The notes beneath the pieces were generated by a model. It was not told where the DNA came from. It saw nothing but the letters and a program-made list of their open reading frames with translations, and searched no databases. Of a stretch of DNA of 64,000 nucleotides, positions 40,203 through 55,089 are shown one piece after another. A program made the position numbers and the translations under genes. Origin of the DNA: Catajapyx aquilonaris (taxonomy: Eukaryota); assembly GCA_000934665.2 (NCBI GenBank), contig KZ538090.1, positions 62,001 to 126,000 on the forward strand, given 5' to 3'. Position 1 is the stretch's first letter, and every line of letters begins with the position of its first letter.

Positions 40203-42302
40203 TCAGTAAGCTGGAGAAGTGACAGTGCTTGACGTCTTCGCAGTGGTCCTCTCTCCTTGTGCAATTTCACCTGCACGCCATGCCCTGAACTTGAGGAAGG
40301 CATCAGCGCCATAGGCTGTCATAGCGCAGTAGCCAAAGAACTGCAAATTATAATCAAAGTTATCCACTGCTCTTGAGTAAATGGCACCATGAATACTGAA
40401 TAACAATATTGGAGCAGCACATAACAGTTTCATCATACAAAGGATGGTTCACAATGATTTGTAAAAGTAATTTGCATTAATATGCTCATTTAATCAAACT
40501 CTAATAACATTTAGAAAGTATTAGGTTACATGTATGAATTTAAAGTACTGCAGTGTTTTTCATGCCTGCTTGCATTATGTGGACAAATTCAAATAAGAAA
40601 ACAATGGCAGCAATCACGTACAGTGTAAATTAACGGATATCCACACGTATCACTGACTCGCAGAGCTTTTCCTTTGCGTCATGTAAAAGCTCCGCCAGGC
40701 GGCAATACTTCTGGATATCCATTCATTTCCACCACTGCACACGATTGGTGCAGTCTCTGTTGCATTGTTAGTAAACGGTTTACAAGGCATACAAAAATAT
40801 ATTTAAAAACTGGTGTGACACATTTTATGGTTCACAAATGCTTTAAAAGGACTAATAACTAATAAGGACACTTATTATCTTGTAATAACCAAAGAAATGG
40901 CTACACATGACCTGAAATTTATCTTCACGTAAGAGATTCTGATAGCTGATCACTATTTACCTTAGTATATGCCAGAAAATTAATGTTAGGCTGTAATATG
41001 ATATCAGAAACACTCTGAAACTCAATTTGACTTAGACTCAGCTGATGTGCACATGTAGATCAGTCAGGTACAGTATTACCAGGTTGACTGCTACGAGGCC
41101 AATGTGACCTTCATTAGAAAACTGCATAAAGACTAGTCATGCTAGTATAAAAATTCTCACCGCAGCTGCACCAAATGCCTCATTGTGTCCCCAGTCTGCA
41201 CATAATGAAGCAGCAATGAGGTAGAAGAATGTCAAGATGGCACAGTAGATGAATTCCTGAAAATCAAATGTATCTCAGTATAGTATTTCTAATGCTTTTT
41301 ACCCAAAACCCATTCACATGTGAAATGTCCTATGTTACAAAAAAAAAAACACTTCCTCTTCACCTTGATAATAATTCGGAAGTATTCCTGTTACTTGCAT
41401 CCTGCATGAGACTTACAATTTCGACATCCTGCAAAAAAAATTTGCAGCATGTCACCTGCAAGCAAATATGAACTGAAAAGCTTTTAAATCAATGGCCAAC
41501 TTGTGGCATACATTTGCAAGTCAGTTTCACACTAAGGAAAATAAAGCATTTTTCATGGTTTTCCTCGAGTGACTAAAATATATTGTACATTTGAATAATT
41601 AGCAATTTTATCAGGTTAATCCCATGTGCATTCATAAATATTCAAAGGGTTATACAATAATTTTGGACCTGAGTTACAGAATCACACACTACCAAGTTGA
41701 ATTGCTCCAGTTGGCATGTTCTGGGGCAAGTATTTGAAGTTATTCTCAAACCAGAAAATTTTTCATCAGAGGAGGCTACTTCCACTTTTCAGTAAGACAC
41801 TCACTGAACAGTCTGGTTTGAGATAATTTTTAAAAAAGTGAAAAGATGAAGTGTTATCAGAATGTCAAATAAACATTACTGTGTGTAGGAACTACACAAA
41901 AAATTATGATAATCATACTTACTGCGAGTAGCCATGGCAATTTATAAAACTTTTCCACGAGATGACTCAGGTAACATCCCAGAAGCAAAAGAGTTATCCA
42001 GAATCCTGACATGGACACGGTTGAGAACCATTCACCCCGAGAGCTGACACGGTAAGCAAATCCAGATGACATTATGCAAATGAAACCCAGGAGATTCATC
42101 GCCTGTGGATATCATGAGGAATTACTAAAATGTCAAAAATGTGAAGACATGCCTGATTATGCAAGGCACTTACAACTTGAACCACTTTCAAGATTCCAGG
42201 CAATGTGCGGATATAGCTTATGTCAATCCGTATCATTGGCTGCACTGTTGTAGTGGTGGTTGTGGTCGTCATGTGTTCACCTACGTAACCTGGATCCGAC
42301 AT
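40203..42302 (-). CDS. MARVEL-domain tetraspan protein 1 (CMTM/plasmolipin-like)
   Basis: Exons 42174-42302 (MSDPGY...TTTTTTTTVQPMIRIDISYIRTLPGILKVVQV), 41923-42102, 41161-41256 (EFIYCAILTFFYLIAAS) and 40203-40340 (FFGYCAMTAYGADAFLKFRAWR). Four hydrophobic segments. Confidence 0.9.
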
Positions 42303-45197
42303 TTTGAATTCTCAGTCTGAGGAAGGAGAAAAGATAATGAATGAGCACAACTGTGAATCCTATAAATCCTCAAGAGATCCATAAAACAACTTGACCAATA
42401 GGGTGCTTTTAGGAAGTCAGAGCGACAGGCTCAGTGAAACATAACTTTATGGCAAAGTTAAGAACCTATCTGGGAAGATGAGAGAGCTATGAAGATGCTG
42501 GGAAGATATCCCTTTTACTACCCCTTTAAGCTGATCAATAAACTCAGCCTCGGGATCCCCCACATTATTTTCCTAGCTTATGGGACTTTACTGCACCATT
42601 CCCACACTTCGCTTGTTAAATATGCATGATATGTACCGCTACAAATGTGGGGAGGAAGGAAAACTTCTGCAATTTGTAATAACACCTATTGTATGCAACA
42701 GGATCCCATAATTAATGCAATAAAAACTCTGATTCAACAAACAGTACCATGCAAAGTATTGATAAACCTGATACCTGTCAAGGTCAGCAACATTTTACTT
42801 GCAAATTATGCAGGCTGTTGCCATTCATAACTGTAACAATACCCTTCAAATTGCAACAATGTAGCTATGTAAAATCTGAAAGGCAACACTTTACCCAATA
42901 ACTACTTTTTTTTCTTCGCTTCACCCTGAGACAATGGAACTCTGGGCCAAGACTATTTATATATGTCCTGTTTTCCAGAGTACGCTGAGCTCCCGGAAGT
43001 GAATAATCTAATGCACGTTCAACCATTGCTATGATGATTGTCCAAGCAAAAAAATAATCATCATGGGTGAGGCATAAGTAGAATGTGGAAGGGGGTAGAA
43101 GACAAGAAGGTGACTCATAACAGCACATAGTAGTGGCAAACTGCAATAAAAAAAACTGCTGGTTTGGGCAGCTGCAATACAAGAAGCCTTCGTTTCGGAA
43201 ATAGAGACCTTGCCATTAGCCAAGCGCCTAGTATAGCTCTCATGCAATGCTGAAAAAATAATAATAAAAAGTGTGTCAACTTCCTATCACAAAAAATGAA
43301 ATGGTGCAACACAACACATCTATCATATCATGCAGCCATTGAAGGGGAGTTCTGAGAAACTATTTTAGTACTATGTAACTTTTTGTGCCTTTGAATTATT
43401 GATCTGTCACTTATTGATTCATCTTTGGTTTTGATTTAGTCATTAAATTCACTACTTCGGTGTAAATATGACATCTACTATTGTAAAACAGGAAGCTCTA
43501 TAATTGATGCAACTCTTTCAAGGTCACATTACAGATATTATTAAAGCAGATGAGCTAATTGGGGTTATAAAAAATGCCGAAAAATGGAGCAAAGGGAAGT
43601 CCAAGATTAATGAACTTCACAATTTCGTTGCCAAAAAATTGTACACTGGCCAAGTGGTGGAAGAAGCCAAAAATGTCCTCTGGCAACCTCACTAAACGGG
43701 ACTGCAAACAGTAGTTGTGACTATCCGAGTGAACGAACTGCAAATACAGAAATCGAGGAAAGTCCAGAGCAAGTGGCCTAACACAAGGATTTGCCACTAG
43801 AACTGCATCCAGAAAGTCCAATAGGGTATGCAAATGGTAAAGGGAATCAATTGTTTCAAGAGATCCTGCCAACTTTCACCCTTAATTCCATTCACAGAAC
43901 TGGGTCGATGTAAAAGTACCAGGAAGACAGTGAACTCTTCCTCAGATTGCTATCATCTTTGCTCCCTTGAGTGTCAAGTCATGCACACACACAATGACGA
44001 CTTTAAAAAGTATGAATTCTGCTTCACTTCTGCCACAGTTATATGAACAGGATTTATTGCTTGAAATATTTAGAAATTACAGACAGAGACCATATTCCAT
44101 AAACCCTGGACTAACAGCATGCGCAGATTATTGAATGGTAACATGAAACTTCACTCTTTTAAAATGCCAATGAAATGCGATGATTATCCCATGGCATTTG
44201 TGATGCTAGTTTCAATCGACATACCTAGCCAACATGACTCCCATTACCTTGTTCAACTAAACATAATAGCTGGTCATCTAAAACGGTGCTATAACAGTGT
44301 GAGTAAACTGCTGTCCTTGTGCAAGAATCTCCTCCAAGTCCTTGGCTCATCTCCCACACACAAGGACTACCTAAACTTGTTCCAGACTACCTCCACATTA
44401 ACACGCTTATGTCATTCGGTGTGAATTTTTTTCTTTTTCCTCTGTCTGAACCATGTCAAAGAACTGCTCCTCTAATGCAGGTTCAAGTATGTCTAAAAGT
44501 CATAATTTAAACCAAATAAAAACCACTCATGCACAACAACTAATTCCTCTGCATTTAACCCATAGCTTCCGAACTACCAAATATTCAACACAACACATGT
44601 AACTGTCACTATACCGGTACTCATTTTTAAATGCACAAACATCACAATAGGATGACAAAAAACTGGACTGAATGACACCATCAATGAACCGTAGCTATAA
44701 TTGGGTATCATGTCACTAACTTCCCTTTGCATCTAGTGTAGGAAGACTTTTCAGGGTCCCGGCACATAATGATGTCACCATATCTAAAGGAATAGCGGGA
44801 TCAAGCAATAAATGTTCCAACACAATGTACGTGCCAAGAACAAATTGTACTATTGGAGTTGTCACTAACAAACATAATATTACAACAGCAACTACAGAAT
44901 GCCATAATAGTGATCTCACATGCATGCCCATAATTGTTAGTTGCTGATCATTAACATAGGACTCCTAGGATTATGCCATCTTGGAAGAATAAAATTCTGC
45001 CATACTGTAACATTTTAGGCAGTAACCTTACATGGCAAAGCTATTATTGAAAGGACTACATCGCTCAAAAAGATGGAGATGATTTTTCGTTGAAACCAAA
45101 TGCACAATTTTTGCCTCCATCTTCTCAAGGGATACAATACATCACATAAATAATAATGTCATATTTGATTGGGAATCAAGAAAATCCTGAATGAATG

Positions 45198-45537
45198 CAG
45201 GGGCAGATCCAGACTTTCGATTTGGGGGGGTGGGGGGGGGGGGGTCATGCCGCCATGGCCCNNNNNNNNNNNNNNNNNNNNNNNNNNNNNNNNNNNNNNN
45301 NNNNNNNNNNNNNNNNNNNNNNNNNNNNNNNNNNNNNNNNNNNNNNNNNNNNNNNNNNNNNNNNNNNNNNNNNNNNNNNNNNNNNNNNNNNNNNNNNNNN
45401 NNNNNNNNNNNNNNNNNNNNNNNNNNNNNNNNNNNNNNNNNNNNNNNNNNNNNNNNNNNNNNNNNNNNNNNNNNNNNGGGGGGGGGGGGGTCATGACCCC
45501 CGTTACCCCACCCCCCCACCCCCTAGATCCGCCACTG
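45198..45537. mobile_element. hAT-type MITE spanning an assembly gap
   Basis: CAGGGGCAGATCCAG ... CTAGATCCGCCACTG with an 8-bp TSD AATGAATG (45190-45197 and 45538-45545). The interior is poly-G and Ns. Confidence 0.8.
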
Positions 45538-47117
45538 AATGAATGCCAGTTAAATAACGGGTAAATTTTCCGCAAATATTGGGTGAAGCCAATATTGCAT
45601 AATTTCTGACCACTAATTCTGTAATTGAATATTTTTCAAACTGTCTAATTTTATTTGACACCTTTTTTGTTACGTCCTCGTGATGGTGGTGATAACCAAC
45701 CACAGAAAGTATAAGAATTATTATCTTTCGTGATGACCACAGCCTTGCACAACACAACTCATGCCCTGCCCTATTCTGTAAGACGTAATGATTATGGCTC
45801 CATGGGCCTGTGGGGGCTGCATGCAGTCAACAAGTGGTAGGCACTCCTGGTACAGTTTAATCAGTTAAGAAAACGAAGGAAGTGCAACAGGCTACAATGA
45901 TACACTGCTATCTGCAGCTGGCGGCAAAGTACAAGCACATGTGAAAACCTTCCCACTTGAAAAGTCAACATTCTCCTTCATGATGTGGTTACACACAAAT
46001 CAGCCAATGGTTGGCTCATTTGGAATGTATGGCCATCAGCAGTGCCCGACATGCAGAGTAAAGTGGGCCTCCAGCTACACCATGAATAAATAAACGTAAT
46101 GTCAAGAGCTTGTAACTGGAGGCCATGACGCACTGAGTCCAAACACAAATTGGTGACACCACTTCCTTTTCTTATGGTTGGCCTCGTTCTGTGCACAACA
46201 AGTCACGAAATCAGACTCACTCTCTCTCTCTCTCTCTCTCTCTGCTCTACCACAATATTATTATTCCAAACCGACTCTCGCAGGCAGGCAGGCAGGCAGG
46301 CAGGAGGCGCCAATGGAACACTGAATGAAGCGAGCGGATCGACCGGGGGTGGTTGCTAGGCCTGGAGGCAGGCGGCCCACCACCTCTAAACCCATGGACG
46401 TGTATGGCACGCACGCATCGGGTTACGGGACCCTTCCTCCTACCTTTCTGCGTATGTGTTTATCCGGCTCCAAAATCGATGGGAGAGTGTGCCTCCTGCA
46501 CGCACTGGTCTCGGGTGTTGCGTGCGTCTAATAATGTGTCAATAGTGTACGATGAGAGCGGAGGCCCCCCGTGGCTGGCTGGCTCGTTTCGCACGCGTCG
46601 ATAATCACGCCGGCCCTGCCCACTGCTCTGGGTCTGCCAACCCACAGCACCGTAGTAAAAGAAGAAGCCGGCACCGTATCCTCCTCACTCAGCACAGCGG
46701 GGACAGGATTAAAAAAGTCGCGAGTGGTTGGGAGACTCGGGCCGGGCTGGAGTTGCGCAGGTGGCCGCCAGGTGGAGGGGTCTAACTGGTCGTGGCGGCA
46801 TCTATAAGCGCGTCACTTAGGCAACACTGCCCGGCCCGCCCCCCCACTTGCACGTACGACGATATGCCACTACCAGTTGGCGCATAGGACACAGTCATGC
46901 CAAGCCAATTCTATAAATGATAGTTATTTGCAGTTTATAACTTAAAAGTTTCTATTTATTATTAGTTTATTTACTATATTTATTTACAGCTTATACAGTT
47001 TTTCCCCCAATATTTTTACACTTGCAGAACCCTTGAAATAATTTTCGCGTGTCAGGGAACCCCATTGAGGAACGCCCGCAGTCCTACATCAGAATTATTA
47101 TACTGTATATCTATTAA

Positions 47118-47402
47118 CCCTGAAACCGTGACGTGGGGTCTTTTAGGACCCCAAAGGAATTAAAATGCATTAAAATTACAATTACAATGAACTGTTTGCC
47201 ATTTAAAAAAAGTATATAACAGGCAGTGCATGTTTATTTTGAATTAGCGATCATTTTAGGTATTGTTCAAAGAATGATTGCATATAGTCAATACATTGAA
47301 AAGTATTATATAAAAATTAATACAAATTAAAATACGGCATGGGGTCCTAAAAGACCCCACGGCACGGTTCCCATAACTTTCAGGCACGTCACTGTTCCAG
47401 GG
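47118..47402. mobile_element. piggyBac-type MITE
   Basis: TTAA|CCCTGAAACCGTGACGTG ... CACGTCACTGTTCCAGGG|TTAA, with internal inverted repeats GGGGTCTTTTAGGACCCC and GGGGTCCTAAAAGACCCC. Confidence 0.85.
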
Positions 47403-47753
47403 TTAAATGGCTAAAAAATACATTTACATATGATTAGTCCATTATCACTATTTCTCCAGAAGTACCAGGCAATTTCTTGTGGAGTCATAGGGTTGGAGGA
47501 ACCAGTACTCATAGTAGGGTAAAGATGGTAACGGATGGTAAAGATCAAGACAAGGGGTATGGAAAATGCTGGCAATGTTCCTAATTTTATGGCACATAGT
47601 CATGTGGACAAATGCAGGATGTTAAAATATAACAACTTCTTGTAGGAAATATTTTATTCCTTCACACACTCTTTTTTTCAATCACCGTATAAAACCAGGC
47701 CTTTTAAAATCCTATTCAACTGTTAATTATATGTGACTCTTGCTTGTTGTTAA

Positions 47754-47913
47754 AGCTGCGTTTACACATGAGCGATTTGACGAGCGAAGTCTTCGCTGAA
47801 CAGTAACATCGCTGAGTAACCCAAGTAAGTTTAAGGCGAAAATCGATTGTTACTTTCACCTCGAACAATATTGGTTACTTCCCTTGTCAAATCGCTCACA
47901 TGTAAATGCGGCT
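47754..47913. mobile_element. PIF/Harbinger-type MITE
   Basis: TAA|AGCTGCGTTTACACATGAGCGATTTGAC ... GTCAAATCGCTCACATGTAAATGCGGCT|TAA. Confidence 0.75.
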
Positions 47914-48278
47914 TAATGGGTAAGATGCGCTAGAAAAAGTATAGGTTAATTTCTCTGTACAGAGCCAATAAATGGATTCTTTCTAAATTTTATCACATTG
48001 GGACAAATTCTTGAGCTTGTTGAGATGTGAGTATGTGAAAGCCACCAAAATGGCACCATGAAGCGCCATGCAATGCATGTCGCTAGTCATGGTCCAAAAA
48101 TTACTTTACTACACAATAAAAACAATAAATATCAATAATAACATAAATAAAAAATATCAGGAGTCATAGGCTCATCACAACCAATCTTTCCCACATTAGG
48201 TGAGCCTCAAAGCACTCCCACAAAATTCATTTTCAGGCCACTTTCATTAGCATAATGCAATCAGACGAACTGCTCCAA

Positions 48279-51200
48279 TCAAGTCCTGGGTGAGTCTGAG
48301 ATAACTTCCATGTCATCCCGGCAGCGAGGTATGTAGAGGGTCACACATGTGTGCTCCCATATATCCTGTGGGTATTTTTCCACACATGCCCACTTGTCCT
48401 CTTCAAGATCATAGCATTCTATTACACCTGCGGGGAATTAAATATTGATTAGTTACTTACTGTCCAGAATGTGATAAAGTTGCATTTCAGGTTATTTGAT
48501 TAATTTTCATTAGAATACAGTAAAACCTCGATATAATGCTCCCGGATGTAACGCTTTCCCAGTTTTAATGCCCCTTTTTTCTGCTGGTCCCTTAATCATT
48601 TCCATAAAGTAAATTTTCCTACATATAACGCTATGGGCTTATAACACTACTTTTGGGCAGTCCCTTGAAGAGCATTATATCGAGGTTTTACTGTATTTGC
48701 ATCAATTACCTGTTGCCCTGTCGAAAGTGGCATCACTGTGGAATCCCCCCACAAAGTAAAGCTTGGAATCCACAATGACAATTCCTGCATGGTACCGCGG
48801 AGTGGGCACCCTGGTGATCACTTCCCACGCATCCGCTTCAATGTCGTATGCATCAACAGAAGTGGCTAGAACCCTGTTCCCAGTGGCTTCATCTTCATAC
48901 CACCCTCCACAGGCATACAGCTTCCCTTTGTATGCTAGCATCACATGGTCTACACGTGGGGTGAGCATGGCTGCTCGAGAGTCCCACTGGTCAGAGCGAG
49001 AATCATAGCACAGCATCGAGTCCAACACAAAGTCTTGCTCTAGCCCACCAGAAATAAACATAAAATGTTGCCAAGCACAGCCTGCATGTTGGGAACGGGA
49101 GGCACCAGGGAGGGGGGACACAAGATGCCAGGTGTCCGAAGAGGCATCATATCGTTCACAAGGGCATATGTCATCTGCAACTGCAGGGACATTTTCATCA
49201 GTGTTGCCCTCACTCACACCACCCACTGCGTATAGCTCCCCTGGTGACAGAAGAATAATATATAATTAATAATCCCTTCTACTTGTGTTTCATGGTAAGC
49301 TCTCCAAACAATGTCAGATGTGTAATCCAAACTCACCAAGCACAACATTTAATGAGAAGCGGCACCTCTCCCGCTGCATGGGTGCCATGGTACCCCACTT
49401 GTTGTACCTGGGGTTGTAGCAGAAACCAAAAGGGTGTATGTTCTCTTGCAAAGACTGATTGAAGCAGCCTCCCACCACATACAGCTCATTGTTGAGCACT
49501 GCAGTACCAAAGTTGCACTGCTCCACATGAGGAATACTTGTGAGGTGGCGCCACTTGCCAACAGAGGGCAGGAAGTAAGTGAGGTCATTGGTCACTCCTC
49601 CAATTCCAAAGCCCCCAACCTTCACCACTGCCAGCTCCATTCCACGAGAGTTGACCAGGTCTTCTTGAGATAGAGTGCTCCTCGATGTCTGAGAGTAATA
49701 GGGGGAGAATATTTGTTTAATCTAATGGTTTCTTTTCATTCTAGGAAGAAAATCTCTTCCTATGTCATATTACTACTTTGTATGTGTGTGGGGATAAATA
49801 TGGAACCCAGTAAAAAAATTTTAAAAATCATATTTTGACATGATTAATATCACAGACCATACATCCATACATCAATCATGCACTGTGGTGTCCACAAATC
49901 ATCCCTCACCTAGATATTCTTATTCTGAACTACTTGAAACTTTACCTTAAAAGTGGCAGCCACAACCTGCCTGTAGAGTGGTGCATGCTGTGCCAAAACA
50001 CATCGAAAAGGCCTGAAACAGGAGCAAAACTATGAATATCACAAAAACCAACTATCATTTCAGTTTGCATTTCATGCACTAACCTGGAGTCCAGCAACTG
50101 CTGCAGACTCCTGGGAGCTACCTCATGAAAGTGAACATTACTGAGAAGCCTGTGGGCAAATTGCACTCTTTCCCTGAGGTGGAACTCCATCCATGTAGCA
50201 ACCACATCCAAGACTTCCACCTCAGGACAATCCACAGGAAAGTCACACTCTAGCAGGTACTCAAGCTGGTCCCCTGACAGTCTCTGGAAGTCACCTGTGC
50301 GGGAAAAGTCACGTAGATTGCCGCACATGAAACGGTACGCTATCTTCTTCAACTGATGGAGATCATAAGTCTCTGCTATAGTGGCCACATCCACACAGTT
50401 TTCCAGATCTAGCTGCGCCTGGAAATTAAGATCAAGAATTTCAAATACAGCAGTAGTGTAACATAACAGTGCTAATAAAGGTGAAGGCAGTTGTTAGTGT
50501 CTCATACTGCCTGACACCTAAAAAAAAATAAGAAAAAAAAAGTCCATTGAGGTTTTTGGACATAAGCTATGGTAACAGGCAATGGATAGGCTTTACATGA
50601 AAAGAGAGTGGCATGAACAAATTTCACATTTGGGAAATGGACACCCGTCTATTCCAAGATTTCAATGGAAGTTTGGCTGTGTCCTTGTTTACTTACCATT
50701 TGATTTTAGAGAAACATGAAGGTGATTCAAATAAATCTGACTGATAACGGCCAAAATTAACCTGAATCTTGTAATGCAGACCATTAATATTACATCCTGA
50801 TAGTGTAAACAGCATATTGGTATACAATGGAGCAATGCATTTAACATCATTCACATACATAAATTCAATTGAGTGAATCTGGCAGTCACAATGAGAGATA
50901 CACCAAACAGCCTCAATAGATTAAACAGGCTTCCCAAGCAATCACCTGAATAACACATACCTGTAGGTAACTGGAACAGGCTTCTACAACGGCAGTGAGC
51001 TGAAGGTGGCTGGCAGCTGACAGTACGTCCTGAACATTCAGTAGGTTAAGTGCAAGTCTTGATGTGTAGGCATAGTCAAGGAGCAACCTCATGCCCTGTG
51101 CCGTGACTCCATTGAGGCAGATTTCATCTGCTCTGCTCTCCAGCATAGCATCAGTAAACATGGCCCGGAAGTAGTCACTACAAGAGGCCAATACCACACG

Positions 51201-51365
51201 ATGGGCACGGAAAGAGGTGTTTCCTGCTATCAAGGTCACGTCCAATAGTTGTCCCTTCGTGCGAAGTGAGTTGAGGCCACCCAAGAGAGTAGCCGTATGA
51301 GAAGGAGACTCAAAGTAGGCAGTGTTCAAGGGACGATCCTGTCCCCAGTCCTTTGGGAGTGTCAT
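48279..51365 (-). CDS. KLHL26: BTB-BACK-kelch protein (kelch-like 26-like)
   Basis: Exons 50961-51365 (LLGGLNSLRTKGQLLDVTLIAG...FRAHRVVLASCSDYFRAMFT), 50084-50418, 49946-50012, 49337-49688, 48710-49240 and 48279-48427. Multiple kelch repeats (LYVVGG, MFISGG, LYACGG, LYFVGG). The domain call is firm; the paralog name is tentative. Confidence 0.8.
48518..48693. mobile_element. pogo/Tc1-type MITE in the last kelch-gene intron
   Basis: TA|CAGTAAAACCTCGATATAATGCT ... AGCATTATATCGAGGTTTTACTG|TA, a perfect 23-bp TIR. Confidence 0.9.
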
Positions 51366-54300
51366 GCTGGTCAACAGTGAGTGGTTCAGGGCGGGGAGTG
51401 AGAGTCACCTGCAACATAACGAACAGGAATACTAAGGACCAGTTTAAGAAATAAAATTGGGGAAAATCTCCCATTACGTCCCCATTATGTATACACAACA
51501 CACAATCCCACAGATTTGGATATTTTCTCTTTGATTTGCATTCATGTGTGACGCACTGTGATGATTTTTCTGCACACTATTGCAAAACGAAATTTTTGGC
51601 TAATCGCATTTTTTATGGTGACACGCAAGTCCCCAGTTCAAGGGTAGGTTAAGGATTAGAATTCATGGACCGTTAACTCCAACAATCACTTCCAAGTGTC
51701 ACTTTCATTAAAATTGGTTGCTGCAGCAAGCATTCTCTAACTTACTCCCTGTCCCCATCAATTAACTGTAAACCTGTGCAGCACACCACCCTGTATATTT
51801 GCCTTGTCTTACATTTTATGGCAAGAAAAATTAACTGGCTCTGTGATGAACTACAAATCCCTTAAAACAATGCAATCATGCTCAGCAATATACTACTGCA
51901 ACGTTTGGTTTCTGTAACCTTTTACGTATCAGTGAAGAGCCAACCGAAGCTTGTTAGGCTGGGCGCAAACAGGGAATTTCTGGAGAAACTAGTGCCTACG
52001 CATTCAGCACGTGCGCCGGGTATCACTGCCTGCAAGGAGACCAGTTTCTTGCAAGTTTCTAGCCTGGGAGAAACTTATCGCCTCCAAGTTTCCGCCCCGC
52101 CTTAGTTTGTCAAGATGGCCCTTAAACTACCAGTAGGTCTGAACCATCAGGTAAAAGGTTCCAGAATCTTTCTTTATGACTTTCACTACACTGTAAATCG
52201 CAAAACATATCATGAGCGTCTCTGGTGAGTCTCCCATCATAGATGCTCCATGGGAGACTCTCCAGTGATGCTCTTTTAATGTTTAGCAGTTTACAGTGTG
52301 ACTCTAACATTACAAATGTCTGGTTCCTTTCAACTGATCCTTTCCCTCTACACTGGTTGTGCGTGTCCCTAACAAGCAAGGTCATCGCCACAACCCCAGG
52401 CCACCACAAGTGTCACCTCAGCAGCTGCAAGGTCGAATCCTCCAGTCCAGCTCCTCGGCTCATCTGTCCCTCTTCCCTCCTCAGCCTCAAGATCAGGGCA
52501 TCCCCTGGCCTGGAATCACCCTCTCTGGAGTGTATCTGGAGTGAGTGTCACTGCTCCACCATCTTGCACCTTTTTGGTTGGAGGGGGTGTAGGCTGTAGG
52601 CTGCTGGAAAACGGATCTTGGCCTGGTGCCTCCCTCCGCCGGCAGGGTCGCCCCAGTCGCACTCTTTCCCGCCAGATGCACAACCCGCCCTCGTTTGAAA
52701 CACTTTTTTATTTGTTTCTATTTTTTTACCCGAACAACCCCAATTTCATCCCCATGGTTGCGTCACGGCCCCTATACGATGACCATTATGGGGCCGTGAC
52801 GCAACCGGTACCAAATTGTGCGCCCCATTTCCGGGCCAATACGGGGCCAGGTGCACCCCTTTTCAAGGTCCTTTTTCAAGCACACATTCACCCGTTGGCC
52901 TCAAGTAAGCACACATTGGATATTACAACCGGAAGATCAAGTCCAACGTGTACCGTTAGTTGGCTTGCATGTTGACCATTGTTCGCATCTTGGATAGAGT
53001 ATGTTGCTATAATAAAAAAAATTGTGGGGAGGTGTATACATCACAAAGTGGGTCGTTGGACATGTTTTCATTCGCAAATCTAGTCACGAAATTTTGCGAC
53101 TCTTCCGTGACAGCCAGCACTATGAATAATAATGGTTGGTGTAACATGACATTTGGTAGTAGTTAAATAACCACCACTCGCAAGCCATAACCATAACTCA
53201 TGAGCTGAGTTTAGATAGCATGACAGAGTTTATGCAAAAAGTTTAAAAGTACAGTAACTAGCTGGGCGGATAATGCCATATAAAACTTTCAGGTTATCAC
53301 CAGGAAAAGGGAAATGCCGTACCATGCACCATTTGTCATGATTACTTATGGCGGACAGAGATATGCATAATTAACTTGTATGTTTCTGTCTTCTTGATGA
53401 GTTGATATTTATCGGAGCATGTATACCGTACAGTTAGAAATCCCGAATAAATTGTTTTCCCTCTCAAAACGAATCCCTCCCAGGATTGATATTAGTAGTG
53501 TAACTACAGTAGTTCCTAATACTGTAATATCGCAAATGGAAAAGTGAAATTCAGTTGTTCAGTATTATGTTCACTGAGCTGTGAAAACTGACCTTGAAAC
53601 GCGTAAATTTGTGTCTGTGTGTGTGTGTTTTTTGGTGCTTGAAAGGGCCACAGAAAGTGTACCTCCCCAAATTTTAATTTTAATAGAAATAATGCCCAAT
53701 TTCGCAGTTCACTGAAACGTTCGTATTTACTACCTCCACACTAATAAGGGTTGATCGCTCACGTTGGCAGCAATAGGCACAATAGACACAAAATAAAAAA
53801 GCGTGTCATGTTCTGCTTGTGCAGACATATAACCAGAAGGCATGTACGGTACAACGTCTCTTCCTTATGGACGGTAGGTCAACCTGTTGACTACCGTTAA
53901 GCGCAGGTAACCCACATCGAGCCACTATAACTTTTATGCTGAATATTACCCAGTCAGCATGAGACTCCGATACGTTATCTTATCACGATTCGCTTAATCA
54001 GGTTTGTAGTTCTCTCAGCCAAGTCAGTTGTAAGGTGAAAAATTGCTTGAAAGGAACAGAGCCCCGTTACGTAAGGTACGCGGTATCACTTCACATCCGT
54101 TCTGACACACGCATATTCAAATATAGCCTACGTTGGTTGATCTCAAACAGCGATAGTTGCTATCAGCCGATAGTTCCGTCACTTCCGTTTCCTATATGCA
54201 AAATAGAGCTCTGGTAGTGCGGGTATTCCGTAACCAGCCTGTGATTCTATTTATAAAAATACATTTTTTTTTCTTCTTTTCATCCTGTAATTCTGTAGGA

Positions 54301-55089
54301 AGTTTGTACGCAACGCCCAAATGGAATCTGTTCCCCTTTTTATATGTACCCCTCTTGAAAGGGACGGCCTTGGGGTGTATGTTGATGGTGGGGGTTATGC
54401 TGAACACCCACACAAAAAACAAGCCTGGCGGGCTAGCACCAAAAACTTAAGCCCCTGTTTCGGTTCACCTGTTGAGCAGACATACACCTGTGGCATCCCA
54501 TCATGCCCTCACGTAGCACATATGTACAAGTATACCACACCCATTATACATATCAGTATTAAAAAAATGCGCAATTATGGAATATTCCGCAGCGTTTCTA
54601 TACAAATTGGCCAGATTCGCCCAGTGGTAATGTTGATGGTTAGGCAACAGTGGGAGCCAGTGACCCCAGTCTTTGAACCCTCCATCCTACCCAGCCTACC
54701 TTGATATTTTGCTCAGTTTACATGCACGCGCTGTAGCAACCAACCCCCTAGTGCCACCCCCCACCTACCCTCCCCCATAGAATTATTATCTCTTGCACTT
54801 TCTGCATCCATCAAGGCCTCCCGCCATTTGCGAGTTGGTGGAAGTGGTAGATAGACCCGAATTCCAACGGGGCCCTGCTGGACGAGGCTAGACCGGTTGA
54901 AGGGCTCCTCCAGCCGAGGAAGAACAGCCCACAAGCCATCCAACCAACCAGAGGCCATCCAACAGCAGCAGCGTCGGACAAAAAAAACAAAAAAACATTA
55001 CATTTCGAGGTCCTCTGGTTCAGGCGCCATCTCTTCATCGGCGTCCATTTTCTTGCCGTGACCTGACGTGTGTGACGTGACCTGTCACC

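Noticed and set aside
43490..44430. Several + strand ORF fragments upstream of the MARVEL gene 1 coding region
   Set aside because: Every frame is broken by stops and no family motif was recognised; a gene or transposase call cannot be supported without a search.
45142..45575. ORFs full of X
   Set aside because: Artefact of the N gap (45262-45477) inside a hAT MITE.
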